DNA of 52,266 nucleotides from a candidate division FCPU426 bacterium (GTDB lineage Bacteria; Oederibacteriota; Muellerivitia; Muellerivitales; Muellerivitaceae), in the NCBI GenBank assembly GCA_963830915.1, contig CAWHOE010000058.1, forward strand, positions 1-52,266, read 5' to 3'. The position numbers and the translations under genes were made by a program. Under the pieces are notes generated by a model. The model saw only the letters and a program-made list of their open reading frames with translations, was not told the DNA's origin and ran no database searches. Positions 21,741-31,562 of the stretch are shown in pieces; the stretch's first letter is position 1, and every line of letters starts with the position of its first letter.

Positions 21741-23861
21741 CTAGGGCAAGGATTTCAATCGGTTCGAGGAATCGGTCAGATCGATAGGCGCCCTGCAAGC
21801 GTTTTGGAAGGCCTTTCGCGCCGAAGCCTCATTTTGCCGTAAAAGCCAGAGGTTGCCCAGATGATTGTAAAGGTTCGCGGAAGGGTAGCCCAAGGAAACG
21901 GCTTGATCCAGGCTAAGGATGGCTTGGTCTAAAAGGGTTGGGTCTGGTCGCGCGGAATCCAGAACCGCTTGTTTCAGAATCAAGTCTCCCATTTTCTCCC
22001 AATAAACCGATTGTAAAAAAGGATCCCCCTGGAATGTTGGTCCCGCGGTTGTTAAGGCGTTGATTGTTTTTTCATAAGATTCGCCGTGCAATTGGCCCAA
22101 GTTACTTTCGATGAAGGGCTTTAGGGCCTGGTCCGCTTTGACCCAACGGACGACAACAGCCCTGTTACCAGATGTCAAAGGAAACACCCAGAGCATCCAC
22201 CCTCCATCCGGCGCCACGGATTCCTTCGACAAAGCGTAAGCTTTCGCGGATCCGAATCTTTTGTCCAGAAAAGGTTTGTAATTCGCGTTGATCAAGAGAG
22301 CGGCCCATTGGGCTTTGTCCACCGAAAGTGGCGAATTGTTCAAGGCGTTGTAACAGTCGTCCGCAACGTCCAAGGTCAGGTCGCTCAGCCCTGGCACGAA
22401 ATTGGAGAAAACTAGACCAGGTCCCTTTTGAAGAGCGGTGGTCTCCAGGATCCGGTTGGCCTCGTAACGTTCATGGGACTTAGCGTATCCTTTCCAGGTG
22501 TCTTGGGAATCCCAAAGGTGGTGGTAGACCGATAAATGATGAAGATCGAATCCCAAGGACAGGATCAATAAGAGGGCAGTCGCAATAAGGGTTCTTGGGG
22601 ATGAGGTGATCCTCATAAGGCGGGTCCACCCAAAAACAACAAGAACCAGTAAAACTGGGATGAGGGTAGCGATCCGAAAGGTTTCCCTTTCCCTGGTCAT
22701 CAAGCCCGGAAGAAGAAAAAGAATAAAACCGAGCACTAACCAATGATGAATACCACGGGAGCGGTCACGAAAAATTTCCATGATCCCCAGAAAAAAGAGG
22801 GCTCCCAAAAGAGGGTTCAAATAACCGCCCCAGACTGGTTGGTATGTGAAAAAATTTCGATCCAGGCCCCAAAATAAGGATGAGATATAGGAAAAGGAAA
22901 CTTTCCATTGGTCCGTCCAGGGTTGGGCTTGGTTTTGAGCGAGCAAGTTGAGGGCATAATGACCGTAACCTTTGGTCAGAGCGGCCCAAATGAAAGGCGT
23001 GATCGTTAAGATGAACGGGCAGAAAAAATAAGCCGCTTTTTCCCAAGGGCGTTCGGACCTGAAACGGGTGAACAAAAGGGTCAAGTAACCCCCACCTACC
23101 AGGATCGCCACCACCGGCCAAGAGACGAAGGTATAGAACCCCAGGCCGATTCCCACACCCAATAAGATCGACCGGACTTTTAGTTGAGAAGGCTGGGCGA
23201 TGGAAACGAGGCCCAAAAGATAAAGGGACATGAATTCGGCCAAGATCAAAAGCACGGTCATCATCGAAAAGCGACCTATAAAAACCGGCCAGAAACCGAA
23301 AGCCAGCAATGCTGTCATTAAAAAAGCTTGGGACCTGGGAAAAAACACCCGAGCCGCCAGCGTCCCCATAAGGACCGTCAAACAGGAAAGAATGGCTGGA
23401 AAGAACCAAAGACTAAAAAGAGAAGTCCCCATCAGTTTGAAACAAAAAGCCTCGCCCCACAAATAAAGAGGGAGCATCTGGTTGGTCCCGTGGAAGAGGT
23501 CCCAATCCCAATGCCGGGCCGATCCCATCGCAAAATGCGCGACCAACCCTTCGTCGAAATGAGGCCATACGGAGAAAGTGGTTAGACCGGCAAAACGCAG
23601 GATAAAACCCAATAGAACGATCCCGCACCATGCCCAAAAGGGAATGTCCGGAAGGAACTCAAGGCTAACGTTTGTTTTTTTCCCAAAAGGCTCGGGCGAG
23701 GGGTGAAAGATCAAAAAAAGGAAGGGAAGGACTATTCCGCCCAGGCCGAGAGCGATGTCGAACCAAAGAGGGAAAGGCCCAAAGGAGATCAAAGCGTTCG
23801 TAATCACGAAAAGAAAAAAAACAGTCCATTCAATGTGAAGTTTGCCCAGGCCTTTCTTCAT
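21741..23861 (-). CDS. GT-C fold (PMT/ArnT, GT39/GT83-like) membrane glycosyltransferase with C-terminal TPR-like tail, paralog A
   Basis: ILRFAGLTTFSVWPHFDEG acidic loop after an early transmembrane helix, many TM stretches, C-terminal LYNHLGNLW...ARKAFQNA; GGAGG and TGATG coupling at 23861. Confidence 0.75.
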   Translation of the reverse strand: MKKGLGKLHIEWTVFFLFVITNALISFGPFPLWFDIALGLGGIVLPFLFLIFHPSPEPFGKKTNVSLEFLPDIPFWAWCGIVLLGFILRFAGLTTFSVWPHFDEGLVAHFAMGSARHWDWDLFHGTNQMLPLYLWGEAFCFKLMGTSLFSLWFFPAILSCLTVLMGTLAARVFFPRSQAFLMTALLAFGFWPVFIGRFSMMTVLLILAEFMSLYLLGLVSIAQPSQLKVRSILLGVGIGLGFYTFVSWPVVAILVGGGYLTLLFTRFRSERPWEKAAYFFCPFILTITPFIWAALTKGYGHYALNLLAQNQAQPWTDQWKVSFSYISSLFWGLDRNFFTYQPVWGGYLNPLLGALFFLGIMEIFRDRSRGIHHWLVLGFILFLLPGLMTRERETFRIATLIPVLLVLVVFGWTRLMRITSSPRTLIATALLLILSLGFDLHHLSVYHHLWDSQDTWKGYAKSHERYEANRILETTALQKGPGLVFSNFVPGLSDLTLDVADDCYNALNNSPLSVDKAQWAALLINANYKPFLDKRFGSAKAYALSKESVAPDGGWMLWVFPLTSGNRAVVVRWVKADQALKPFIESNLGQLHGESYEKTINALTTAGPTFQGDPFLQSVYWEKMGDLILKQAVLDSARPDPTLLDQAILSLDQAVSLGYPSANLYNHLGNLWLLRQNEASARKAFQNACRAPIDLTDSSNRLKSLP

Positions 23862-25992
23862 CACCGCGCCTCCAGTTTCGATGGGACCCAACTTAAGCTT
23901 TGTCTGGAAGCCGTAAGATCTATCGGCGCTTTAAGCGCTTGACGGAAGGCCCATTGCGCGCCTTGGGAGTTTTGATCGACGAAATAAAGGGTTCCTATAA
24001 GATAAAAAAGATGGGCGGAAGCGTAGCCTTTTTGAGTCGCGGTCAGGAGGGCCGAAATGGCCTGAGGATGGAAGGAAGGCCCCATCTTCATGAAATCGTC
24101 AGCTGTTTTTTCCCAAAAAAGAGTTTCCAGGAATGGGTCTCCTTGGAAATCAGGGTAAGTCTCAAGGTGACTGTTGAATACTGGGGTATAGGGCTGTCCG
24201 TGGACGAACGAAAGATAATGATCGATATAGGGACCAAGCGCGAGGTCCGCTTTTTGCCATCGACGGAATATATCCAACCTTGGAGGGGTAACCGGGACCA
24301 CCCAAAGCATCCAACCTCCGTTCGATAGATCCTCGCCTTTTGAAACGAAGTAGGCCTTCCCATCGGGGAATCTTTTTTCCAAGAATGGCTTGAAATTGGC
24401 GTTGGTCAGGACCGCGGCCCATCGGGCCCGCGAAAAAGACAGATCAGGATTATCGACAGCGTTGAACTCATAATCGGCCAGAAAAAGGGACATGTCAAAA
24501 TTTCCCGGAACAAAGTCGGAGAAGATCAGCCCCGGACCTTTATCCTCCGCCATTCTTTTCAGGACCAGATAGGATTGATAATGGGATTGGGATTTCGAGC
24601 AACTTTTCCAATGACTGGTAGATTCCCAACCTTGCGGATACCGATCCCCCAAGTGATAGAAGTCCAATCCGAAAGAAAGAATAAGCAACAGGGGTAACAA
24701 AAACATGGGTTGGATGGGGGAGAAGGAAAGATACAAACGAGCCAAACCCAAACAAGTCACCGCCAAAACCACTGGTAACAAGGAAAGAAGCCTAAAAGGC
24801 TCCAACGTATTGGTCAAAAAGGCGGGGATCAATAACGATAAAAAAACAACGAGAAACATCGATAGACCCAATCTTTAAAGTTCCCGAGTATCTCCAATAT
24901 CCCGAGGAGAAAAAGACTGTCCAGGATAGGATTGAGGAATCCCCCCCAGAAAGGCCCATAGGCATTGAACTCGTTCGGCCCCCAAAAAAGACAAGAAAAA
25001 TAATTCACGATAAGGTTCGATTGTTGGGGAACGGGAGTGCGGGAAGAAAAGGCCCAGAGATCCCGAATATAGTTTCCATAGCCTTGCCGGTAAGCGGTCC
25101 ACAATAGGGGGCTGACCACCAAAGCGATCGTCCCTCCGTACAGGATCAGGAATGACCATATTTTAAAGGGATGATCCTTTCGAGTGGACGCGATGAAGAT
25201 GACAGAACTCCAAAGCAGGAAAAAGACAGACCATGCCGGTAGATGGACATAAAAGCCCAGTCCCATGGTGATCGCGAGCAATAAAAGTTCCCGATGGTTT
25301 TTCGAGGGAAATTTGTCTTTAAACCCTCCCCACAGGTAAAAAACCAAAAATTCCCAGAAAAGCACCAGGACATATTGAAAAGAAAAACGCCCCACATAGA
25401 AACCCCAGAAGCTCAAAGCGATCAAGCATAGAAAAAGGAACGAAAAGGACTTTGAAAAGAATCGTCGACAGGCCACATAAGCCATCGGAATGGTCAACAT
25501 GGAGATCAACGCGGGAAACAACCATAGGGAAAAAAGGGAGGGAGGGATCAATTTATAAAAACCCGCCAATAACCACATGAAAAGCGGTGTGGATTGCCCG
25601 CTCCCGTATAACAACCGATCATCCCAATGGCGGGAAAGTTGGAAGCCGTAATAGTTGATGTAAGCCTCATCAAAATGAGGCCAAAGGGAAAGGGTGGTTA
25701 ATTTATAGAAGCGGATCATGATCGCCACCAAAGCGATGGTTGCCCAAATCCAAAGGGGGACAATAGGCAAAAAGTCCGATCGATAAAGAAATTGTTGGAT
25801 ATCGGAGGATGGCCGATGATTCCACAGGGCCAAGCTTATGGGCAAAACAATGCCTATTAGCAGGAACCAGAATTTGAACGCCGGAGTCAGTTCAAAATAA
25901 GAAAGGAATGAATTAACGATCAAAAAAACCAGGAAATAGACCAAGGGATGATAAGGAACGACGTTTTTATTCCTGGAAAAGGAAGGGTTCAT
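23861..25992 (-). CDS. GT-C glycosyltransferase paralog B, split by an indel at the A7 run 24840-24846
   Basis: ORFs 24829-25992 and 23861-24871 together match paralog A (WPHFDE, WGGxLNP, GPGLxFSxFVPG, FQGDPFL, KAPIDLT); ATGA overlap with the hpnE stop. Confidence 0.75.
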
Positions 25993-27341
25993 CCACTCAT
26001 TTTAGATGTTTTTTCGAAGTAAGTCCGTACTTTATCGGCCGCCCGATGGCCCGAAAAGCAGGCTCCTTCGATGGTGGCGGGCAAACCGGTATCGGTCCAA
26101 TCGCCCGCTAGGAAAACATTCTTGAAAGGCGTTTCACAGGGAGGCCTCCAGGCGTCCGAGGCCAGGCTCCAAACGAAGGTCGCCGCCATTTCCCGAGTCA
26201 CTTTGAAATGGAGAACCTGGGCATCCAACGCGGCGGGACAGCGGTCCCGAAGTTCCTTGAGAGCCAGATCGACCAATTCCTTTTCGCTCAGCCGTGATAG
26301 GTCGTTCGCGGCGCTGGCGGTGAAGCTAAGATATTGGCCCTCTCCCCGCCAATCCCAGTTGGAGTTGCGGTTAAAAACCCAATCAAAGGAGGCGCCGGAG
26401 AGACCTACCATCTGGCCTTCCAGGCTGGCTTTGGAAAGGATCAAATGGACGGAAAGAATAGGGGATTTACCGAGTCGTGCCCACTCTTCCGACCTTTTCC
26501 AGGTCCCTTTGGGCCAGAGCGCGGCCAGAGAAGAAGGCGGAACGGCGAAAATCAAGGCTTCCCCAGTTATCTCCCGTTCGTTTTTGGTCTTCAGCCAAAT
26601 GGAGCGCTCATCGGATTTGAATTCCGTTATCCCCTCGTTCAAAGACAAGTTCGAGTGTTTTTTATCCACAAGCCATTCGATCGCTTCCTTGAAGAGGATG
26701 TCGCTCAATGGGGCGGAAGGGAAGCAAAGGGCGCTGGAGTCCCGAGTTCCGAAGAAAACCCGGCGCAGGACCTCCGCCAAGCCGGCCAAGGGTGCCATCT
26801 CCGGCCCGACATTCATAACCGCCCGGCAAAAGGGATTCCAAAATCTTTCCCGTGAAATGGGACCTTGTTTGGTTTGATCCAAGAACTCACTGACGGTCTT
26901 ACCTTGCCATTTTTCAGCTAAAGGCGTTTTAGCGAACCGATTCATGGCCAAACACATCCTAATCTTTTCGTTCCAAGGAAAAGCGTCAGAAAAAACCAAT
27001 CCCGAAAGAAGGTTCAAGGGGGAAGGAAGATCGGGACATTTCAACGAAACCTTACGTTTTTCCCGGGTGTACCAGGAGAGGGCGATCGGAAAGGCCTTCT
27101 TGTGGGAACCTTTGACGCCTAACCGATCGAAAAGCTTCCAGGTATTCTCATAACAACCCATGAAAAGATGGGGGCCGTTATCCAAGGGGGTGGGAAATGA
27201 ACCGGACGCCGGAGTGGAAGAAACCCTCCCGCCCAGGTGGCCCCGGGATTCAAACAACTCCACCTGAAACCCGTCTTCCGCCAAGGCGGTAGCGGCCGAA
27301 ATACCCGCGTACCCGCCGCCGATCACGACCACTTTAGGCAT
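25989..27341 (-). CDS. hpnE: Hydroxysqualene dehydroxylase HpnE (FAD-dependent)
   Basis: VVVIGGGYAGISAA, HLGGR, DNGPHLFMGCY, LAGDWTDTGLPATIEGA; follows hpnC-hpnD. Confidence 0.88.
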   Translation of the reverse strand: MPKVVVIGGGYAGISAATALAEDGFQVELFESRGHLGGRVSSTPASGSFPTPLDNGPHLFMGCYENTWKLFDRLGVKGSHKKAFPIALSWYTREKRKVSLKCPDLPSPLNLLSGLVFSDAFPWNEKIRMCLAMNRFAKTPLAEKWQGKTVSEFLDQTKQGPISRERFWNPFCRAVMNVGPEMAPLAGLAEVLRRVFFGTRDSSALCFPSAPLSDILFKEAIEWLVDKKHSNLSLNEGITEFKSDERSIWLKTKNEREITGEALIFAVPPSSLAALWPKGTWKRSEEWARLGKSPILSVHLILSKASLEGQMVGLSGASFDWVFNRNSNWDWRGEGQYLSFTASAANDLSRLSEKELVDLALKELRDRCPAALDAQVLHFKVTREMAATFVWSLASDAWRPPCETPFKNVFLAGDWTDTGLPATIEGACFSGHRAADKVRTYFEKTSKMSG

Positions 27342-27364
27342 TTTGGCTCTTTCGAAAAGGTTCT

Positions 27365-28204
27365 TTACTTTGAGGCGTATCTCCAGCTCAGGCACCGCAG
27401 CCAGGCCCCGGTTACCGAGAGAAGTTTGTCGGCTTTAGAAAGGGAAGTTTTCCCCCGAAGGATGGCCCTGGGATTGTTCCACAATTTTTGGCCAAGCTTA
27501 AAGTAAACAGCGGAAATGGCTTCGGCGGTCGTCAATTCGCCCCTTTGGCGTGAACTTAGGGAACGCCGGGCGATCTTCAGGTAGGACCAGGCCCTTTCCA
27601 ATTGGAATTCCACGAAAGCGATCCAATGGGAGTTATTTTCCTCGATCGAGCCGGGGATCAGATGGAATCGTTTGAAATCCTCCGATGGAAAATATTGGCG
27701 GTTCAAGGCCATATCCTCCCGGTAATCCCGGGTCATATTGACCAATTGAAGAAAGACCCCTAGGTTTTCGGCGTAAACCCGGTGCGCCTCATCCTTGAAT
27801 CCGAAGATCTCCATGCTGGCCAGACCTGGACCGCCCGCCACCTTGAGGGCGTAACCATGGAGTTCCGGGAAGGTCTTGAAGCGGATGGGCTTCAGGTCTT
27901 GTTCCACACCGGAGAGGATCCTCCAAAGAGGCTCAGGACTCATTTTATATTGAAGGATGACGGTTTGGAGTTTTTGGAAAAATGAGTCCCGGGATCTTCC
28001 AGCCAAACAGGCTTTCAGTTCATTCTTGCAGACGCTCAATTTCTTCTTTTTGACCGGAAGGGAACCGGGTCCGTCGGAGATCTCGTCGGCAAGCCAGCAA
28101 AAACGATAAAGGACCTCCAAAGCCTCCCTTTGAGATCGGGGAAGCAGGAGCATAGGGAAATAGAAACTGGTTTTTTCCTGGAGTGGAGCGTCTTGGGGAT
28201 TCAA
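27365..28204 (-). CDS. hpnD: Presqualene diphosphate synthase HpnD (squalene/phytoene synthase family)
   Basis: TSFYFPMLLLP, LYRFCWLADEISD, LQLVNMTRDYRED; between hpnC and hpnE. Confidence 0.82.
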   Translation of the reverse strand: MNPQDAPLQEKTSFYFPMLLLPRSQREALEVLYRFCWLADEISDGPGSLPVKKKKLSVCKNELKACLAGRSRDSFFQKLQTVILQYKMSPEPLWRILSGVEQDLKPIRFKTFPELHGYALKVAGGPGLASMEIFGFKDEAHRVYAENLGVFLQLVNMTRDYREDMALNRQYFPSEDFKRFHLIPGSIEENNSHWIAFVEFQLERAWSYLKIARRSLSSRQRGELTTAEAISAVYFKLGQKLWNNPRAILRGKTSLSKADKLLSVTGAWLRCLSWRYASK

Positions 28205-28217
28205 AGCGCCTCTTTGT

Positions 28218-29087
28218 TCATGGTTTGACCCACCCCAGCAGGGATTTTACGGCCAAGGAAACCTTGTTCCTAAAACCCAGGGATGGTCGTTCTTCCAGGA
28301 CATTGTAGTCCATCCGGCGGATGCTTTGCAGGATGGACTGGCCGCCCAGGTAAGTGGCGGTCAATTCCAGCCTTAGCCGTCCCTGGACCTGTTGGAGCAA
28401 GGGGAACCCTTTATGGAAATGGTCTTCGGTGAAGATCACGGCGTTTTCGACCAGCCGCCGGGCCGCGGCCGAACTTCGCAGGGCCAATAGGTCTTTTTCC
28501 CGAACACCCGTTTTTTTCAATTCCGCTTGTGGATAGTAGATCCGGTCCCGTTTCAGGTCGATCGCGCTGTCCTGCCAAAAGTTGACGAGCTGCAGTCCGG
28601 AGCAGATGAAATCCGAATAACGGTGGAGTTTTTCATCGCGGATACCCGAGATGAATAGGACTATTCGGCCGACAGGATTGGCGCTGTGACGGCAATAATA
28701 AAGGACATCCTTCCAGGTACGGTAACGCTTCACCTTGAGGTCCATCCGATAGGCCTTGAGAAGATCCAAGGGCAGGGAAAGGGGTATCTGAAAGGACTTC
28801 AATGTATGGGCAAAGGCCATCAAATAAGGATGGGATGACCTTCCTTTCATGGCGGCTTTCAGGTCCTTCCCCCAGCCATCGATCAACCTCTGCCTTTTTC
28901 CCTCATAGCGATCCTCATCGGCGAAGTCATCGGCGGTCCTGGCAAAGGCGTAGAGGGCGGCCACATGGGGCCGGTTTTCCTTGGGCAGGAGCAGGGAAGC
29001 CACGGGGAAATTCTCGTAATGGTGGAAGGCCAGCTCCTGGCATTGGCGATAGGCAAAGGATAGAGCGGAAGGGAGTTTTGGGTCCAT
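28218..29087 (-). CDS. hpnC: Hydroxysqualene synthase HpnC
   Basis: HYENFPVASLLLP, ALYAFARTADDFADE, YCRHSANPVGR, LQLVNFWQD. Confidence 0.92.
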   Translation of the reverse strand: MDPKLPSALSFAYRQCQELAFHHYENFPVASLLLPKENRPHVAALYAFARTADDFADEDRYEGKRQRLIDGWGKDLKAAMKGRSSHPYLMAFAHTLKSFQIPLSLPLDLLKAYRMDLKVKRYRTWKDVLYYCRHSANPVGRIVLFISGIRDEKLHRYSDFICSGLQLVNFWQDSAIDLKRDRIYYPQAELKKTGVREKDLLALRSSAAARRLVENAVIFTEDHFHKGFPLLQQVQGRLRLELTATYLGGQSILQSIRRMDYNVLEERPSLGFRNKVSLAVKSLLGWVKP

Positions 29088-29093
29088 GACCGG

Positions 29094-30137
29094 TTAAAGA
29101 CTTATAAACGAGAAAAAGGAACTCGCTCGATGGAATTTCTGGACACGATTGTTCTGGGAATCTACCACATAGATGTTGTCCTTCCCGTCGATAGCGATCC
29201 CAGTAGGGCGATTGAACTGTCCTTCCCGGGTCCCGAAACTTCCCCATTGGGTTTTGTAGGAAAGATTAGGTCCGAATACCTGGACCCGATGGTTTCCGTC
29301 GTCGGCGACGAAAAGATCACCCTGGGAATCGAAACGAAGACCCTGGGGATGCTCGAACTCACCCGGACCGTGACCTTCTGAACCAAATTGCAGGAGGAAA
29401 TTCCCTTGTGGGTCGAATTTCTCGATACGGTGATTCATATGGTCGGTGACGAATACGTTGCCATCCCGGTCTGTCGTGATGCCCACGGGATTGTTGAATT
29501 GGCCTTCCCCTGAGCCCAGGTCACCCCACTGGAGGATATAATTGCCATCCAGATCGTATTTCTCCACCCGATTGTTCCATTGGTCCGTGACATAAACATA
29601 GTTTCCATAAACCGCCAGGGAATGGGGACGGTTCATTTGGCCGTTGCCTTTGCCGAGTCCACCCCATTGACGCTGGGGAATACCGTAAACATCAAAAGTT
29701 TGGATCCGGGCGTTCCCCGCTTCCAGGACATAAACGGATCCTTGGTTGTCCAATCCCAAGGAAAGGGGGATGTCAAATTGACCGGCTTGGTTCCCGCAAG
29801 TCCCGAACTGAAGGATAACCCCCCCATTTTGGTCGAATTTTTGGATCCGACAATTGTGCCAATCGGTCACGTAGATATTCCCGCTTATGTCCACGATGGC
29901 ATCGATCGGTTCCCGGAATTGGCCAGGGTCACTTCCTTCGCCGCCCCATTTTCGCTCGAACACGAATGAGGACGAATTCTTGAATAATGAGGTCGATCTT
30001 GTGGTAGCCGGGGAATGGGCCCCTAGGGTTTCCTTGAAGAGCCAATAACAAACCCCGAAACCCAATAGAAAGGCCAGTAAAACAACGGCCACGAGGCGGA
30101 ATTGAGAGGATGAATCGCCATTCGAGATGATCGACAT
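29094..30137 (-). CDS. Membrane-anchored six-bladed NHL-repeat beta-propeller protein
   Basis: N-terminal TM helix; six repeats of [WF]G..G...G[QE][FM]..P....D..G..YV.D..N.R[IV][QE].F; stop 6 nt before hpnC. Confidence 0.88.
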   Translation of the reverse strand: MSIISNGDSSSQFRLVAVVLLAFLLGFGVCYWLFKETLGAHSPATTRSTSLFKNSSSFVFERKWGGEGSDPGQFREPIDAIVDISGNIYVTDWHNCRIQKFDQNGGVILQFGTCGNQAGQFDIPLSLGLDNQGSVYVLEAGNARIQTFDVYGIPQRQWGGLGKGNGQMNRPHSLAVYGNYVYVTDQWNNRVEKYDLDGNYILQWGDLGSGEGQFNNPVGITTDRDGNVFVTDHMNHRIEKFDPQGNFLLQFGSEGHGPGEFEHPQGLRFDSQGDLFVADDGNHRVQVFGPNLSYKTQWGSFGTREGQFNRPTGIAIDGKDNIYVVDSQNNRVQKFHRASSFFSFISL

Positions 30138-30297
30138 AATGTCCCTTCAAGGGTTATCGCGAAAACCAGAAGTATTATCTTACAAAATGGCGCAAGTTAG
30201 GTCCGATTTTTCCTTGATGAAAAAGTCGAAATAAAAACGAGAAATGGTAAACTTCTTCAGTTGTAGGACTGCCAGAATCAAAGGGAAAACAAGCCGA

Positions 30298-31374
30298 ATG
30301 ACCCTGAATCGATCCTTCGCCCTAGGCGCCGTCATCTCTTTCTTCGGCCTTCTATTATTATCCGAAGTCCTCCTCCGTCTCACGGTCCCGGCCGGTTTTT
30401 GGTATTCCCATTTCGATTTTTCAGGAGACCTGACCAGTTTGGCGGAGTTAAAGGACCGGGTTCGTTATTCCGTTCCTCCCGAAAACAGGATACTTTTGTT
30501 AGGTGATAGTGTCCTGGGCGCCAGCGCCATCATGGAACACCGGATCCCTCGGGGACGGACCCTGACCCTGAACCGATACCTTACTCAGGGCTTGGAATCC
30601 CAAGGATGGCATAGCCTCAGCCTGGGTTCGGACGGCATGTTGCTGCCGGATATCGAGGCCTTGACCCCTGAGATCGGGGCGATCCCCCCGCGGAAGATAC
30701 TGCTTCTCCTCAATTTTCGGATGTTTTCCCAGGAGTTCAACCAGGGGTCCAAGGCTTTATCCCGCAGTTTCCTTCTCGCCGAACTGCCGCTTGAGATCCA
30801 AAAAAGGCTGGCTCCGGATAAACCCCTTTCCCAGGAAGCCCAATTGGGCGATGCGCTTTACGCCGGAATGAGCGACCATTGGGCCCTTTTTCGGGAAGCT
30901 CAAATGGCCAAGACCCTTTGGTATTACCCCAGCCAGAAGGATTTTTTCCAGCGGCTGCTGGAGCGCATGGTCGGGAAGAACGATTCAGCATCGGATCTTA
31001 TGGAAGCGGCTTTAAAACAAAAGATCGCGTCTTACTATCAACCGTATCTATGGGACAAGAACGCGCTTCCTTTCACCTGCTTGAAACAGGTCCTGGACCA
31101 ATGGGCGGTCCAGGACCATATTCCCATCACGATCGTCCTGACCCCCCAGAACCGTAAGTTCTTGGGTGAATACCTGGATTTGCCAAGTTTCCAGAAGAAC
31201 CGAAAGGCGTTGGCCGCGTTCCTGAAGCCCTACCTTTCCTCGGGAGTGATTTATGAGGATTGGGCCGACCGTTATCCCTCATCTTCTTTCCTCGACCATT
31301 GCCATCTGACGCCCAAAGGGAACGATCAATATTCCAAGGACCTGGTTGGGCTTTTAAGCGGGGGGAAACAATGA
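30298..31374 (+). CDS. Membrane-anchored SGNH-fold acyltransferase, DltD/AlgJ-like
   Basis: N-terminal TM helix, ILLLGDSV (block I Ser), FLDHCHLTPKGN (DxxH); directly upstream of a DltX-like peptide and an MBOAT. Confidence 0.75.
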   Translation: MTLNRSFALGAVISFFGLLLLSEVLLRLTVPAGFWYSHFDFSGDLTSLAELKDRVRYSVPPENRILLLGDSVLGASAIMEHRIPRGRTLTLNRYLTQGLESQGWHSLSLGSDGMLLPDIEALTPEIGAIPPRKILLLLNFRMFSQEFNQGSKALSRSFLLAELPLEIQKRLAPDKPLSQEAQLGDALYAGMSDHWALFREAQMAKTLWYYPSQKDFFQRLLERMVGKNDSASDLMEAALKQKIASYYQPYLWDKNALPFTCLKQVLDQWAVQDHIPITIVLTPQNRKFLGEYLDLPSFQKNRKALAAFLKPYLSSGVIYEDWADRYPSSSFLDHCHLTPKGNDQYSKDLVGLLSGGKQ

Positions 31375-31562
31375 TCGAAAAGAATAAAATCCCTCCGGTC
31401 ACACTACCTTTATCCTACAACGGCGAGAAACGGTTCTTTGGACCCTCTGACGATTTCTGGAAAGGGTTCGGGATCGGCGTGATCCTGTTCGTTTTGTTCC
31501 TGGCCATCCTGTTGTTCGCCGGCGATCTTTCCGCCTCTAAATTCATCTACGTGGATTTTTAA
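31371..31562 (+). CDS. DltX-like small membrane acyl-shuttle peptide (63 aa)
   Basis: ATGA overlap with the upstream gene; single TM helix; C-terminal FIYVDF* matches the F-x-Y-x-x-F shuttle motif; stop abuts the MBOAT ATG. Confidence 0.8.
   Translation: MIEKNKIPPVTLPLSYNGEKRFFGPSDDFWKGFGIGVILFVLFLAILLFAGDLSASKFIYVDF

Noticed and set aside
25989..29087. Carotenoid genes crtB/crtI
   Set aside because: The HYENF motif of HpnC, two synthase paralogs and the HpnE-type DNGPH and LPATIEGA motifs fit hpnCDE better
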